A DNA stretch of 64,000 nt from Bacteriovoracaceae bacterium (lineage in GTDB: Bacteria > Bdellovibrionota > Bacteriovoracia > Bacteriovoracales > Bacteriovoracaceae): positions 1 to 64,000 of the forward strand of contig JBLWTJ010000003.1 in NCBI GenBank assembly GCA_048270185.1. Direction: 5' to 3'. Both the position numbers and the translations under genes were made by a program. Shown here piece by piece: positions 8,773-18,892 of this stretch (position 1 is the stretch's first letter; every line of letters starts with the position of its first letter). Under the pieces are notes generated by a model. It ran no database searches and was not told the origin of the DNA. It was given only the letters and a program-made list of their open reading frames with translations.

Positions 8773-9631
8773 CCGCATTCATTAGTTTTTCATTAAATAG
8801 CTTTATGTGTTCCCTTTGATACTCCCACTGGTGAAGATAGAGGGGAACACTAAAATCCTTAACAGGATTTAGCTGCACTAATTGTTTCTTCTTCATTTCT
8901 TTTTCCATATCAATAAATGGAAGTAGTCCATAGCCAAAACCACCAAGTATTGCTTTCTTAAAACTTGGAACAGATGGCATAAGATTAATCTTTGTAATCT
9001 TATCGATTTTGAAATTTTCTTTTAGATAAGTATGTTGGGCCTTATCGTACTTATCAAAGACTACAAGTGGCGCTTGGGCGAGGGAGTTTTTATTAACACC
9101 ATCCTTAAAATGTCTTTGGTAGAACTTCTTTGAACAAACCAGAGAATAGACCATATCCCCAAGATGTGTTGTTGTGTGATTAGGAAGTGGTTTTGATTCG
9201 GAACTAATACACATATCCACTTGGCCACTCTTTAAATACTTTAAAGTGTTATCTTGATCATCGGCAATAATTTGTAATGTTATAACTTGTGAGAGCTTAT
9301 TATCTGAAAGAACATCGAGAAAGAATAAATCGAGGCTATCTCGATTGACAGCAAGTTTTATTGTGGGCCGAGTCTTCTTTGTATCAAAGTCTTCCATAAT
9401 CTCATTTTCTAAACTTGTTACTTTTCTAAGAAGATTGAGATAGCTCTTACCATCCTCTGTCGCATGATAAGGAGCATTCCTAACCAATAATTTCTTACCT
9501 AAATAAGATTCAAAGTTTTGTATTCTTTGAGTCACTGCCGATTGAGATATGCCAATTGCTTTGGCCGCTAAATCAAAACTTTGGTATTCGATAACCGCCT
9601 GTAGGGCCCTAAGAGCATGATAATCAATCAT
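8756..9631 (-). CDS. argP: LysR regulator ArgP/LysG
   Basis: DYHALRALQAVI..SFDLAA..SQSAVTQRI, LAVNRDSL, DDQDNT; divergent from a LysE-family exporter. Confidence 0.88.
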   Translation of the reverse strand: MIDYHALRALQAVIEYQSFDLAAKAIGISQSAVTQRIQNFESYLGKKLLVRNAPYHATEDGKSYLNLLRKVTSLENEIMEDFDTKKTRPTIKLAVNRDSLDLFFLDVLSDNKLSQVITLQIIADDQDNTLKYLKSGQVDMCISSESKPLPNHTTTHLGDMVYSLVCSKKFYQRHFKDGVNKNSLAQAPLVVFDKYDKAQHTYLKENFKIDKITKINLMPSVPSFKKAILGGFGYGLLPFIDMEKEMKKKQLVQLNPVKDFSVPLYLHQWEYQREHIKLFNEKLMNAAKSLA

Positions 9632-9724
9632 TAGTTTTCCTTATTAGAGATCAGAATTATTAATTTAACTTATATCAGGTTTTCCATTAAATTGCGACCT
9701 ATAGACAGACTCGGCAGGTTTTAT

Positions 9725-10360
9725 ATGGAATTTTTTACTCAAGGTTTTTTATTGCAAGCAAGCTTAATTCTAGCATTGGGTGCACAAAATTTATTTTTAA
9801 TTGATATTGGCACAAAGAAAAAGAACCACTTCTTAGCAGCCGCTATTTGCTCTGTCTGTGATATGGCCTTGATCCTATTGGCCGTTCTTGGAGCCTCTGG
9901 CTACATTGTGAAGACTATCGAGTTTAAGGTTGCCATAGGACTTTTAGGAGCGTCTTTCCTTCTTTATTATGCTGTCACAAAATTTGCTGAATCAATTAAA
10001 GGTGTGAAGACAAACAAGAATGACCAGAAGTTTGCCCTCTCTCGTCGAATTGTTATCCTGACAACGCTAAGTTTTACTCTTCTTAACCCACACGTTTATA
10101 TTGATGCCTTCTTTCTTATTGGCGGTTATTCAACTCGCTTTGATTTAGTTCAGCATCGTTTCTTCTTTGGGTTAGGGGCCGGAGTTTTTTCTATCGTTTG
10201 GTTCTACTTCCTAGTAAGTTTTTCTTCGAAGTTCTCTCATATTTTAACAAAGGAAAAGAACCTAAGAATTACTTCATTTGCCACTGCAATTATTCTCGGA
10301 TATTTAGCGCATAAGCTGGGGACAGAGTCAGTTAGTGATTTTATTAAAATTCTATCTTAG
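9725..10360 (+). CDS. argO: LysE/ArgO amino-acid exporter
   Basis: ASLILALGAQN and TLLNPHVYID motifs; ATG at 9725. Confidence 0.88.
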   Translation: MEFFTQGFLLQASLILALGAQNLFLIDIGTKKKNHFLAAAICSVCDMALILLAVLGASGYIVKTIEFKVAIGLLGASFLLYYAVTKFAESIKGVKTNKNDQKFALSRRIVILTTLSFTLLNPHVYIDAFFLIGGYSTRFDLVQHRFFFGLGAGVFSIVWFYFLVSFSSKFSHILTKEKNLRITSFATAIILGYLAHKLGTESVSDFIKILS

Positions 10361-10426
10361 TGCTGTAAAATAAAAATATTGTATATTATAATAAAACCCA
10401 AATCTACTTTAAGGCAGGGTTATAAT

Positions 10427-11212
10427 ATGCGAAACATTTTATTTTTATCTTTGTTTATTCTATTCTTGAGTTCTTGTGGGCACTATCGAACAACAATTCC
10501 ATATGATTATAAACTAGAAAGTGTTCTCTCTAAGTATAAGAATAGACCAATTCGTGTAGATTTTAAAACAAACTACTATCAAAATAACTTAAGTTTTGAT
10601 GTTGGCCAACATTTATTAAATCATAATTATAAGGTTATCTATACAAGCAAAAAGGAAGTATCAGAAGGTGAGATGATCCTAGAAGGTAATGCAATAAATT
10701 ACTTCCGTTTTGAAAAATGTTTAAAAGATGCTGAACCTAACTGCTATCGAAGACAATCGAATATTACTATTATACTTTCTGAAGGAAAAGACGGAACAGT
10801 CGTTTATTCAAAAGCTCTTAATCTCAATCAAGATGTTTGGAGTGCTTATAAGACTGATATTGATGAGTATAAGAGTGAATTTTATCAAAAAATTGTTTCA
10901 GGTATTACTGACATAATTGCGAAGGAAACTCATTTAGTTAATGTTCCATTTGTCACAGATGAAGAAATTCCAAAATTAAATGAAATAAGGAAGCGCTATA
11001 CTCGTGATACTTTAAACGCAACTTTAAAAGAACTTAAGGATCTGGAGAAAGGAGCTAGTCCAAAGTTAAAAGAAGCACTAATAATCAATCAAGCTTCACT
11101 TCATTATATTTCTGGAAATAAAAAGATGGCAAAGAAGTTAATCAATAGTACTAGTAGTCAGTATTATCAAGAATACTATAATGGACTAGTCTACGCGATG
11201 AGTATCTATTAA
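10427..11212 (+). CDS. Hypothetical lipoprotein
   Basis: MRNILFLSLFILFLSSC lipobox from ATG 10427. Confidence 0.75.
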   Translation: MRNILFLSLFILFLSSCGHYRTTIPYDYKLESVLSKYKNRPIRVDFKTNYYQNNLSFDVGQHLLNHNYKVIYTSKKEVSEGEMILEGNAINYFRFEKCLKDAEPNCYRRQSNITIILSEGKDGTVVYSKALNLNQDVWSAYKTDIDEYKSEFYQKIVSGITDIIAKETHLVNVPFVTDEEIPKLNEIRKRYTRDTLNATLKELKDLEKGASPKLKEALIINQASLHYISGNKKMAKKLINSTSSQYYQEYYNGLVYAMSIY

Positions 11213-11262
11213 GCTGATATAAGTCATATTTAGTTTGGCCATGACTTGTTCGATAAGCTAGC

Positions 11263-11592
11263 ATGGCGCAAAGTAAGAGAAACTTAAAAGAATTCCTAAA
11301 TTACTTAGATAGTGATGACACTTTCTGTATTCTAGATTCAACTGATCTAGCAGCACCTTATTCATATAGTGAGGATCTTCTTTTCTTTTTAAAAGACTTT
11401 GAAAATACCTGCAACCAAGAGCTTAAATCTGAGTATGTATTAGAGAATTTAAAAAGCCTTTCAATTGAAGACCTCGAATCATCAATTGCTCAATATTGTA
11501 CTGAGGAAGAGACGAGACCTGGAACTATCTCATCTTTGCTAAATTCAGGTTTTATTAAGAAAGTTGTTAAAGAGTTATTAAATCGAAAATAA
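11263..11592 (+). CDS. Hypothetical protein
   Basis: 109-aa ORF filling the gap between genes. Confidence 0.6.
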   Translation: MAQSKRNLKEFLNYLDSDDTFCILDSTDLAAPYSYSEDLLFFLKDFENTCNQELKSEYVLENLKSLSIEDLESSIAQYCTEEETRPGTISSLLNSGFIKKVVKELLNRK

Positions 11593-11641
11593 GTAAAACA
11601 TCCTCTGTCTTATCATCTTTTTATTATGATAAAATATTGTC

Positions 11642-11839
11642 ATGATAAAAACTTTAATAACAATAATTCTCACAATTATTTTCCTCGTTCCATTCTTTTC
11701 GACGCCTATTGGCGAAGAACTCTACCTCTCATATCAGAGTACTGATCTCTATCGATCAATTTACTGTCAGTATGTGGAGTGGTTTGGGGCCGAAGGCTTT
11801 GATAAGATCAAGTTTGCGGTTCAGTGTAAGATCCTGTAA
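11642..11839 (+). CDS. Small membrane-anchored hypothetical protein
   Basis: 65 aa, hydrophobic N-terminus, two Cys. Confidence 0.55.
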   Translation: MIKTLITIILTIIFLVPFFSTPIGEELYLSYQSTDLYRSIYCQYVEWFGAEGFDKIKFAVQCKIL

Positions 11840-11893
11840 TCACACAACCAGACTTCTTTTATCTTGAGTAATATTCTTCGGTGTGGCATAGTG

Positions 11894-11921
11894 TAGAGCT
11901 AATGTCTAGACAGGTTGTCTA
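11894..11921. promoter_or_regulatory. Putative TetR operator (TAGACA-ggt-TGTCTA plus overlapping imperfect copy)
   Basis: Perfect dyad at 11907-11921 and imperfect TAGAgc-taa-TGTCTA at 11894-11908, just before the TetR gene. Confidence 0.55.
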
Positions 11922-11934
11922 TAACTGAGGTTGT

Positions 11935-12519
11935 ATGAAACAAGAATCGAAAGATGCCATTTTTGATGGGGTACTCGAGCTCATGGAAAATGAGTCCATT
12001 CTCGATATTTCTGTTTCTAAATTAAAAAGACACACCGGGCTTTCGACGGGAACATTCTATTATCATTTTCCAAATGGCATTGAAGATATCTTTCGCGAGT
12101 TATTTATTAAGCTTACTAGTGGATTAAGAAAGAAAGTTTTTTCTGCTGCTTATAACTCATCTTCTGTTGAAGAAACATTAGAGAGTATTGTTGTCACTTA
12201 CTTTGATTGGCACCAATCTAATATCCGAGAAAGTAACTTTTTTTGGGTAGTATCGGAATCAGGCTTTAGCCAGGTTCGTGAGTTAATGGTTAGTGAGTAC
12301 AAATTACTCTCAAGTAAGGTTTACGAAATACTTGATGAGCAGGCAGGTAAAGATGATGTTAAGATCGTCGGCCACTATATTTTAGATGCTATACTATTTG
12401 GTGCGGCCCGTGAGTTTATCCATTCATGGATTGAGCGTGGACGAAAAAAGAAAGAAATAAATAATTTAAAAGAAGAATTTATTAACACACTTTATCGTGC
12501 ATGCATTCAGGTGAGCTAA
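11935..12519 (+). CDS. TetR/AcrR-family regulator
   Basis: N-terminal HTH ISVSKL..TGLSTGTFYYHF. Confidence 0.88.
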   Translation: MKQESKDAIFDGVLELMENESILDISVSKLKRHTGLSTGTFYYHFPNGIEDIFRELFIKLTSGLRKKVFSAAYNSSSVEETLESIVVTYFDWHQSNIRESNFFWVVSESGFSQVRELMVSEYKLLSSKVYEILDEQAGKDDVKIVGHYILDAILFGAAREFIHSWIERGRKKKEINNLKEEFINTLYRACIQVS

Positions 12520-13040
12520 TGAAATACACTAAGGACTATTGGGAGTATTTAAATAAGGATTACGAGCAATACGTCATTCGCGCCGTTAATGGCCTTGATC
12601 GTGATGGCTACATCGAAGCTTTTAATATGTCTTCTCGTAAGACTCTAACAAACCGATTTCTTGCCGCAAAGAAAGGTTTAACAGATGATGATCTTAAGAT
12701 GCTGACTGAACCAGATTATGTGGATCATGTTGCCATCGTAATTATAAAAGAACAGGAAGAAGGCTTTCTTCCAATCGCTTCAACTCGCTTCTTTAGAGAT
12801 TATAGTGGTTCTGATAAAGCTGAGTTTTCAGTTGCTGTCGTCGATCAGGAACAAGGCAAGGGATTTGGTGGAATAATTCTTGATCACTTAATTGAGGCGG
12901 CCAAAGAGCGTGGAATAAAAGAATTATATGGTACTGCAAGTGTAAATAATGGTGCCATTTTAAATTTATTAAAAAGTCGCGGTGAAGTTGTTGTTGAACA
13001 TGAAACAACTGGAGTCGTGAATATGAGATTAAAAATATAG
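12519..13040 (+). CDS. GNAT acetyltransferase (Pat-like GNAT domain)
   Basis: DYVDHVAIV, AEFSVAVVDQEQGKGFG; TAATG coupling to TetR. Confidence 0.85.
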   Translation: MKYTKDYWEYLNKDYEQYVIRAVNGLDRDGYIEAFNMSSRKTLTNRFLAAKKGLTDDDLKMLTEPDYVDHVAIVIIKEQEEGFLPIASTRFFRDYSGSDKAEFSVAVVDQEQGKGFGGIILDHLIEAAKERGIKELYGTASVNNGAILNLLKSRGEVVVEHETTGVVNMRLKI

Positions 13041-13048
13041 GATTTTTT

Positions 13049-14698
13049 ATGGAAAAAGTTTGGCAAAAAAATTACCCAGAGGGTGCTGCATTCGAAATTA
13101 ACCCAGATCAATACAACAGTGTTGTTGAAGTTATCAATGAGACATGTGAAAAGTATAGTGATCGTACTGCATTTATTAATATGGACGTTTCACTGACATT
13201 TCGTGAAGTTCAAGAAAAATCTGATGCATTTGCAAACTACTTAATCAATGACCTTAATCTTAAGAAGGGTGACGTCATTATGATTCAAATGCCAAACCTT
13301 CTCCAGTATCCAGTCGCTCTTTATGGTGCATTTAAAGCGGGTCTTATTGTTGTAAATACAAATCCACTTTATACGACAAGAGAAATTAAGAAGGTTTTAG
13401 ATGATAGTGGAGCAAAGGCGATTGTTATTTGTTCAAACTTTGTTTCAAAACTTGAAGAGGTCGTGGCCGATAGTAAAATTGAACATATTATAACTACTCA
13501 AATTGGAGACTTTTTTCCATTTGTGAAAAGAACTCTCGTTAATTTTGTCATTAAGAATATAAAGAAGATGGTTCCAACCTATAAAGGAAGCTACACTTCA
13601 TTAAATGAGGCCATTGCAAAAGGTGCACAATCAAAGGCCACATATCCAAAGCTTTCAAATACTGATACGGCCTTATTTCAATATACAGGTGGAACAACAG
13701 GAAAGACAAAAGCAGCAGTTCTTACACATCGAAATGTTATTGCCAATATGTTACAAATGGCCGTTTGGATTAGTGATGCAACAGATGGTGAGACAGTTAA
13801 AGTTTTAGCGCCTCTTCCAATCTATCATGTTTTCACTCTTTCCGTTAATATCTTTGGATTCTTCTACTTAGGTCAAGCGAACTTATTAATTACGAATCCT
13901 CGAGATCTTCCATCTGTTGTTAAGGATATAAAGAATCATAAGCCTAAAGTTGCGACGATTGTTAATACTCTTTTACAGGCACTTGTTGCAAATGAAGAGT
14001 TTCAAAAGCTTGATCTAAGCTACATGAAATTGAGTGTTGCTGGTGGAATGGCCCTTAAAACTTCTGTAAAGAATAAGTGGGAAGTTCTCACTCATTCTAA
14101 AGTTATTGAAGGTTATGGGCTAACAGAGGCTTCGCCTGTTGTGACATGTAATCCTCCAAAGAATGATATTGCAGGCTCAATTGGAATACCAATCCCTTCT
14201 ACAAATATTAAAATCATTGATGAAGATGAAAATGAATTAGGCTTTAATGAAGAAGGAGAACTTTGTGTTCAAGGTCCTCAGGTTATGAAAGAGTATTGGA
14301 ATCAACCAGAGGAGACTGCCGAAACTTTTACGAAAGATGGATGGCTTAAAACTGGTGACTATGCAACAGTTGATGAAGAAGGATTTGTTAGAATATTAGA
14401 TCGTAAAAAAGATATGATCGTGGTTTCTGGCTTTAACGTTTATCCAAATGAAGTTGAAGAAGTTCTAATGGAATGTAGCGGAGTTCAGGAAGTCGCGGCC
14501 ATCGGTATTGATAGTGATAGATCAGGTCAAATCGTTAAAGTATTTATTGTTAAAGATAAAAAAGACCTTGATGTAAAGGCAGTAAGAGATTTTGCAAAGA
14601 AGAATCTTGCAGCATACAAAATCCCAAAAGAAGTTGAATTTGTAGCTGAGCTTCCAAAGAATAATGTTGGAAAAGTTTTAAGAAGAGAACTTAGATAA
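13049..14698 (+). CDS. fadD: Long-chain fatty acid-CoA ligase
   Basis: QYTGGTTG, EGYGLTEASP, WLKTGD, DRKKDMI, LPKNNVGKVLRR. Confidence 0.93.
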   Translation: MEKVWQKNYPEGAAFEINPDQYNSVVEVINETCEKYSDRTAFINMDVSLTFREVQEKSDAFANYLINDLNLKKGDVIMIQMPNLLQYPVALYGAFKAGLIVVNTNPLYTTREIKKVLDDSGAKAIVICSNFVSKLEEVVADSKIEHIITTQIGDFFPFVKRTLVNFVIKNIKKMVPTYKGSYTSLNEAIAKGAQSKATYPKLSNTDTALFQYTGGTTGKTKAAVLTHRNVIANMLQMAVWISDATDGETVKVLAPLPIYHVFTLSVNIFGFFYLGQANLLITNPRDLPSVVKDIKNHKPKVATIVNTLLQALVANEEFQKLDLSYMKLSVAGGMALKTSVKNKWEVLTHSKVIEGYGLTEASPVVTCNPPKNDIAGSIGIPIPSTNIKIIDEDENELGFNEEGELCVQGPQVMKEYWNQPEETAETFTKDGWLKTGDYATVDEEGFVRILDRKKDMIVVSGFNVYPNEVEEVLMECSGVQEVAAIGIDSDRSGQIVKVFIVKDKKDLDVKAVRDFAKKNLAAYKIPKEVEFVAELPKNNVGKVLRRELR

Positions 14699-14704
14699 AA
14701 AAAT

Positions 14705-14729
14705 AAAGGCCCTTTTAAAGGGCCTTTTT
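14705..14729. terminator. Bidirectional intrinsic terminator
   Basis: AAAGGCCC..GGGCCTTT hairpin with A/T tails between convergent fadD and grxB. Confidence 0.75.
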
Positions 14730-15350
14730 ATATAGAGTTTCAACATTCGTTAATTCTTCCATTCTTAGAATGTAATTATGAACATGTGTTGGAAACTTAA
14801 TCCCATCAACGATTGTTAAAGACCTTAGAATTGCGTAGAGATCAAAGTCGACAATATTTAGTTCATGGCCTTTACTGAGCATTGTATCTAGCTCATCTAA
14901 TAATGGATTAACTTCTTTTAGATAGAGGTCTGTATTCTCGATCATTTCATTTAGATCACCAAAGGCAGCCTTTTCTCTTTCTGTATAGAATTCACGCGAA
15001 AATTTTGTATTGAGCTCCGGAAAATCTGCTTTTGTGAAGCGTGGAATAACAAGACCCAAGGTTGGCTTCCAAATCTCTTTGATCCAATCTTCAATATCTT
15101 CATGAGGATGGTCATCAAAAATTTCTTGGCCGAAATTCTTATCGATATAGCGAACAATATCCATGCTTTCAAATATATGAGTACCATCTTCTTTTTCAAG
15201 GATGGGAACAACTTTTTTTCCTACTAATTTAGTAGGAGTAATTGAGTCACCTTCCATGATGATTTCCTCGACGAAACTTAAATTCTTAAGGCCAAAAATC
15301 ATTCTTGCTTTCACGCAAAAAGGGCAGTGGTCATAGATGTAGAGTTTCAT
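14715..15350 (-). CDS. grxB: Glutaredoxin 2
   Basis: MKLYIYDHCPFCVKARMIFGLK, VPILEK..ESMDIV. Confidence 0.93.
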   Translation of the reverse strand: MKLYIYDHCPFCVKARMIFGLKNLSFVEEIIMEGDSITPTKLVGKKVVPILEKEDGTHIFESMDIVRYIDKNFGQEIFDDHPHEDIEDWIKEIWKPTLGLVIPRFTKADFPELNTKFSREFYTEREKAAFGDLNEMIENTDLYLKEVNPLLDELDTMLSKGHELNIVDFDLYAILRSLTIVDGIKFPTHVHNYILRMEELTNVETLYKKAL

Positions 15351-15564
15351 AAGTCATCCTTCTTTAATATAGATATGATAGACGATCAGGGTACTTTTAA
15401 CGATAAAAATGGCCATAAAATACATAATCTTAATGAAATCCTGACGTTAGAAATGATTAAACAATTGATTAAGCTATTAGAACCATATTGGTTAAATTAA
15501 ACATTATTTAGCTATATTTATTGGCATTTATTTCTTAAAATATTGAAAAACGAGGGAATGTTTT

Positions 15565-16230
15565 ATGTTATTTCTAAGAAAGAATATTATGGCCTTTACT
15601 GGGCTTTTCTTGTGCCTATTTTTGGTCATTCACCTAGCGGGAAACCTAATCCTCTTACTTCCAAAAGATCATGCTAAAGATATCTATAATCTCTACTCTC
15701 ATACTCTTGGTGAGAATTTACTTATCAAAGTCGTATCAATTGCATTGTACTTATCGATCATTCTACACAGTATCTATGCGTTGCTTATTACGCTTAAAAA
15801 TAATAAGGCCCAAGGAGTAGAGTACGCTGTTAAGTCAAATACAGGTATTTCAACTTGGACATCTCAAAATATGGGAAGTCTTGGTTTTATTATCCTCATT
15901 TTTATTGTTATTCACATGGCAAATTTTTGGATGAGAATTAAGCTTGGTATTGGAGAGGCTGTACCAATAACACAACAAGGGTATAAAGACGTCTACTCGG
16001 TAACGACAGCACTCTTTAGGAATCCTTTCTATGTAATTTTCTATTCGGCTTTAATGATCCCTCTATGCCTGCACTTAAGCCATGGTGTATCTTCGGCTTT
16101 TAAAACAATTGGAGTCTATAAGAAATCATATATTAAATGGATCGATAAAGTAGGGAAGTACTATGCCTATGCTATTTCATTTGGCTTCTTTGTGATTCCC
16201 ATCGTTGTTTACCTGCGAGGTATGAAGTGA
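15565..16230 (+). CDS. sdhC: Succinate dehydrogenase/fumarate reductase cytochrome b subunit
   Basis: [14 protein letters not shown], five TMs with His ligands, first gene of the sdh operon. Confidence 0.9.
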   Translation: MLFLRKNIMAFTGLFLCLFLVIHLAGNLILLLPKDHAKDIYNLYSHTLGENLLIKVVSIALYLSIILHSIYALLITLKNNKAQGVEYAVKSNTGISTWTSQNMGSLGFIILIFIVIHMANFWMRIKLGIGEAVPITQQGYKDVYSVTTALFRNPFYVIFYSALMIPLCLHLSHGVSSAFKTIGVYKKSYIKWIDKVGKYYAYAISFGFFVIPIVVYLRGMK

Positions 16231-18137
16231 AATTAGAAGCAAAGATCCCAAGTGGTGATCTAAAAGATAAATGGTCTAATTATCAGGCCCAGTGCAAACT
16301 CCTAAATCCTGCTAACCGTAAGAAGGTTCATATTATTGTTGTCGGCTCTGGACTTGCCGGTGCTGGAGCTGCCTCAACTCTTGGGGAGCTTGGTTATAAC
16401 GTTGACTGCTTCTGTTATCAGGACTCTGCTCGTCGTGCCCATTCGGTTGCAGCCCAAGGGGGAGTAAACGCAGCCAAGAACTATCAACATGATGGTGATA
16501 GTGTTTGGCGTATGTTCTACGATACTTTAAAAGGTGGAGACTTTAGATCACGTGAGGCCAATACTTATCGCCTTGCTGAATTGTCAGCTCCACTTATTGA
16601 TCACTTTACTCAACAAGGTGTGCCCTTTGCTCGCGAGTATGGTGGAGTTCTAACAAATCGAAGTTTTGGTGGTGTGCAGGTTCAACGTACTTTCTATGCG
16701 CGAGGACAAACTGGCCAGCAATTACTTCTTGCTGCTTATTCTCAATTATCAAAAATGGTGAAGGCAGGAAATGTGAAAATGTATCCACGCCATGAGATGC
16801 TTGATCTTGTTGTTATCAACGGTAAGGCAAAAGGAATTATTACACGAAATTTAGAAACCGGAGAGTTTAAGAAGTTCATGGCCAATGCTGTCGTATTAGC
16901 GACAGGTGGTTACTCTCGTGTCTTTAGACTTTCGACTCTTGCAATTGGCTGTAATGGTTCCGCCCTGTGGGCAGCTCATAAGAAAGGTGCTTTATTTGCA
17001 GCACCTAGCTTTACACAAATTCACCCAACTGCTCTTCCTCAGTCAAGTGAGTTACAATCAAAGCTTACTCTTATGTCTGAGTCACTTAGAAATGATGGAA
17101 GAATTTGGGTTCCAAAGAAAGCAGGAGATAGTAGGCCAGCACATGAAATAGCGGAAGAAGAAAGAGACTACTATCTTGAAAGAAAATACCCGTCATTTGG
17201 AAACCTTGCCCCACGTGATATTTCGTCACGTTCGGCCAAGGAGCAAATTGATGCCGGCCACGGAGTGGGCCCTCTAAAAAATGCTGTCTATCTTGATTTC
17301 AAACATGCCATTGAAAGATTAGGAGAACAGACAGTTCGAGATCGTTATGGAAATCTCTTTAATATGTATGAGAAGATCACTGGAATTAATGCTTATAAGC
17401 AGCCTATGATGATCTCTCCTGCAGCTCACTTCTCAATGGGTGGGCTATGGGTTGATTATGAGCTTATGACGACAATCCCAGGACTTTACGCCGTTGGTGA
17501 GTGCAATTACTCTGACCACGGGGCCAATCGTTTAGGAGCAAACTCACTCTTGCAAGCAAGTATAGATGGATATTTTATCTTACCAAATACTATTAATAAT
17601 TATCTTGCTGATGAGATGCGCTTAGAGCAGCCTGATATTAGTGATGCTGAATTTGATAAGAGTCTAACTCACGTCAAAGAGAAGATTTCAAACCTTTTAA
17701 GAATTGATGGCAATAAAACAGTCGATCATTATCACCGAGAGCTTGGAAAGATTATGTGGCAAGAGTGTGCCATGAGTAGAAATAAGGTAGGTCTTGAAAG
17801 AGCGATCTCACAAATTCAAGAATTAAAGAAAGACTTCTGGGCAAATGTGAAAGTGACAGGAATAAATGAAGAATTAAATCCTGAGCTTGAAAAGGCGTTA
17901 AGACTTTCTGATTTTATCGAACTAGGTGAACTTATGTGTGTCGATGCTCTTCAACGAGAAGAATCGTGTGGTGCACACTTTAGAGAAGAGTACCAAAGTT
18001 CAGAAGGCGAAGCTGTAAGAAATGACGATGATTATGCCTATGTTTCAGCGTGGGAGTATAACGGTGGTGACTTTAGACTGCATAAAGAAGAGCTAGAGTT
18101 CGAATATATTAAACCAACAGTCAGATCATATAAGTAG
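16227..18137 (+). CDS. sdhA: Succinate dehydrogenase/fumarate reductase flavoprotein
   Basis: [40 protein letters not shown]. Confidence 0.95.
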   Translation: MKLEAKIPSGDLKDKWSNYQAQCKLLNPANRKKVHIIVVGSGLAGAGAASTLGELGYNVDCFCYQDSARRAHSVAAQGGVNAAKNYQHDGDSVWRMFYDTLKGGDFRSREANTYRLAELSAPLIDHFTQQGVPFAREYGGVLTNRSFGGVQVQRTFYARGQTGQQLLLAAYSQLSKMVKAGNVKMYPRHEMLDLVVINGKAKGIITRNLETGEFKKFMANAVVLATGGYSRVFRLSTLAIGCNGSALWAAHKKGALFAAPSFTQIHPTALPQSSELQSKLTLMSESLRNDGRIWVPKKAGDSRPAHEIAEEERDYYLERKYPSFGNLAPRDISSRSAKEQIDAGHGVGPLKNAVYLDFKHAIERLGEQTVRDRYGNLFNMYEKITGINAYKQPMMISPAAHFSMGGLWVDYELMTTIPGLYAVGECNYSDHGANRLGANSLLQASIDGYFILPNTINNYLADEMRLEQPDISDAEFDKSLTHVKEKISNLLRIDGNKTVDHYHRELGKIMWQECAMSRNKVGLERAISQIQELKKDFWANVKVTGINEELNPELEKALRLSDFIELGELMCVDALQREESCGAHFREEYQSSEGEAVRNDDDYAYVSAWEYNGGDFRLHKEELEFEYIKPTVRSYK

Positions 18138-18143
18138 GTTCAT

Positions 18144-18887
18144 ATGAAAGTAGTATTTAAAATTTGGCGCCAAGAAAATAAGAATTCAGAAGGTGAGTTT
18201 CGAATATATGAAGTGGAAGGACTAACTGAAGATATGTCATTTCTTGAAGCCTTAGACCACTTGAATGAAACCCTTGTAATCAAAGGCGAGAAAGTCATTG
18301 CCTATGACTATGATTGCCGTGAAGGTATATGTGGCCAGTGTGGAGTCTTTATTAATGGACGTGCTCATGGCCCCCACTCTAATACGACAACATGTCAGCT
18401 GCATATGAGAAGTTTTAAAGATGGAGAAGAAATTGTGGTTGAACCTTGGCGTGCAAAGTCTTTTCCTATTATTAAAGACCTTGTGGTTGATCGCAGCTCT
18501 TTTGATCGTATTGTTCAAAGTGGTGGTTTTATTTCGGCAAAGACTGGAACAGCACCCGAAGCAAATTCTATTCTTATTGGAAAGGAAGTCGCTGATGATG
18601 CGATGGATGCTGCTGCTTGTATTGGTTGTGGCGCTTGTGTAGCAACATGCAAGAATTCCTCGGCCGCTCTTTTTACATCTGCAAAAATTAATCACCTCAA
18701 TATGCTTCCGCAAGGAGCTATAGAAGAGAGGGCAAGAACACTTGCCATGACTGAACAAATGGAATTAGAAGACTTTGGTCATTGTTCTTTCACTGGTGCA
18801 TGTGAGATTGAATGTCCTGAGAATATATCAATTTCAAATATCGCGAGAATGAATTTTACTCGCCTAAAAGCAAAATTGCTAAAGTAG
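18144..18887 (+). CDS. sdhB: Succinate dehydrogenase/fumarate reductase Fe-S subunit
   Basis: CREGICGQC, CIGCGACVATC, CSFTGACEIEC. Confidence 0.95.
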   Translation: MKVVFKIWRQENKNSEGEFRIYEVEGLTEDMSFLEALDHLNETLVIKGEKVIAYDYDCREGICGQCGVFINGRAHGPHSNTTTCQLHMRSFKDGEEIVVEPWRAKSFPIIKDLVVDRSSFDRIVQSGGFISAKTGTAPEANSILIGKEVADDAMDAAACIGCGACVATCKNSSAALFTSAKINHLNMLPQGAIEERARTLAMTEQMELEDFGHCSFTGACEIECPENISISNIARMNFTRLKAKLLK

Positions 18888-18892
18888 AGACT

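Noticed and set aside
18252..18758. 168-aa antisense ORF and the other short overlapping track ORFs
   Set aside because: They are shadows of well-supported genes, with no SD or recognisable motifs.
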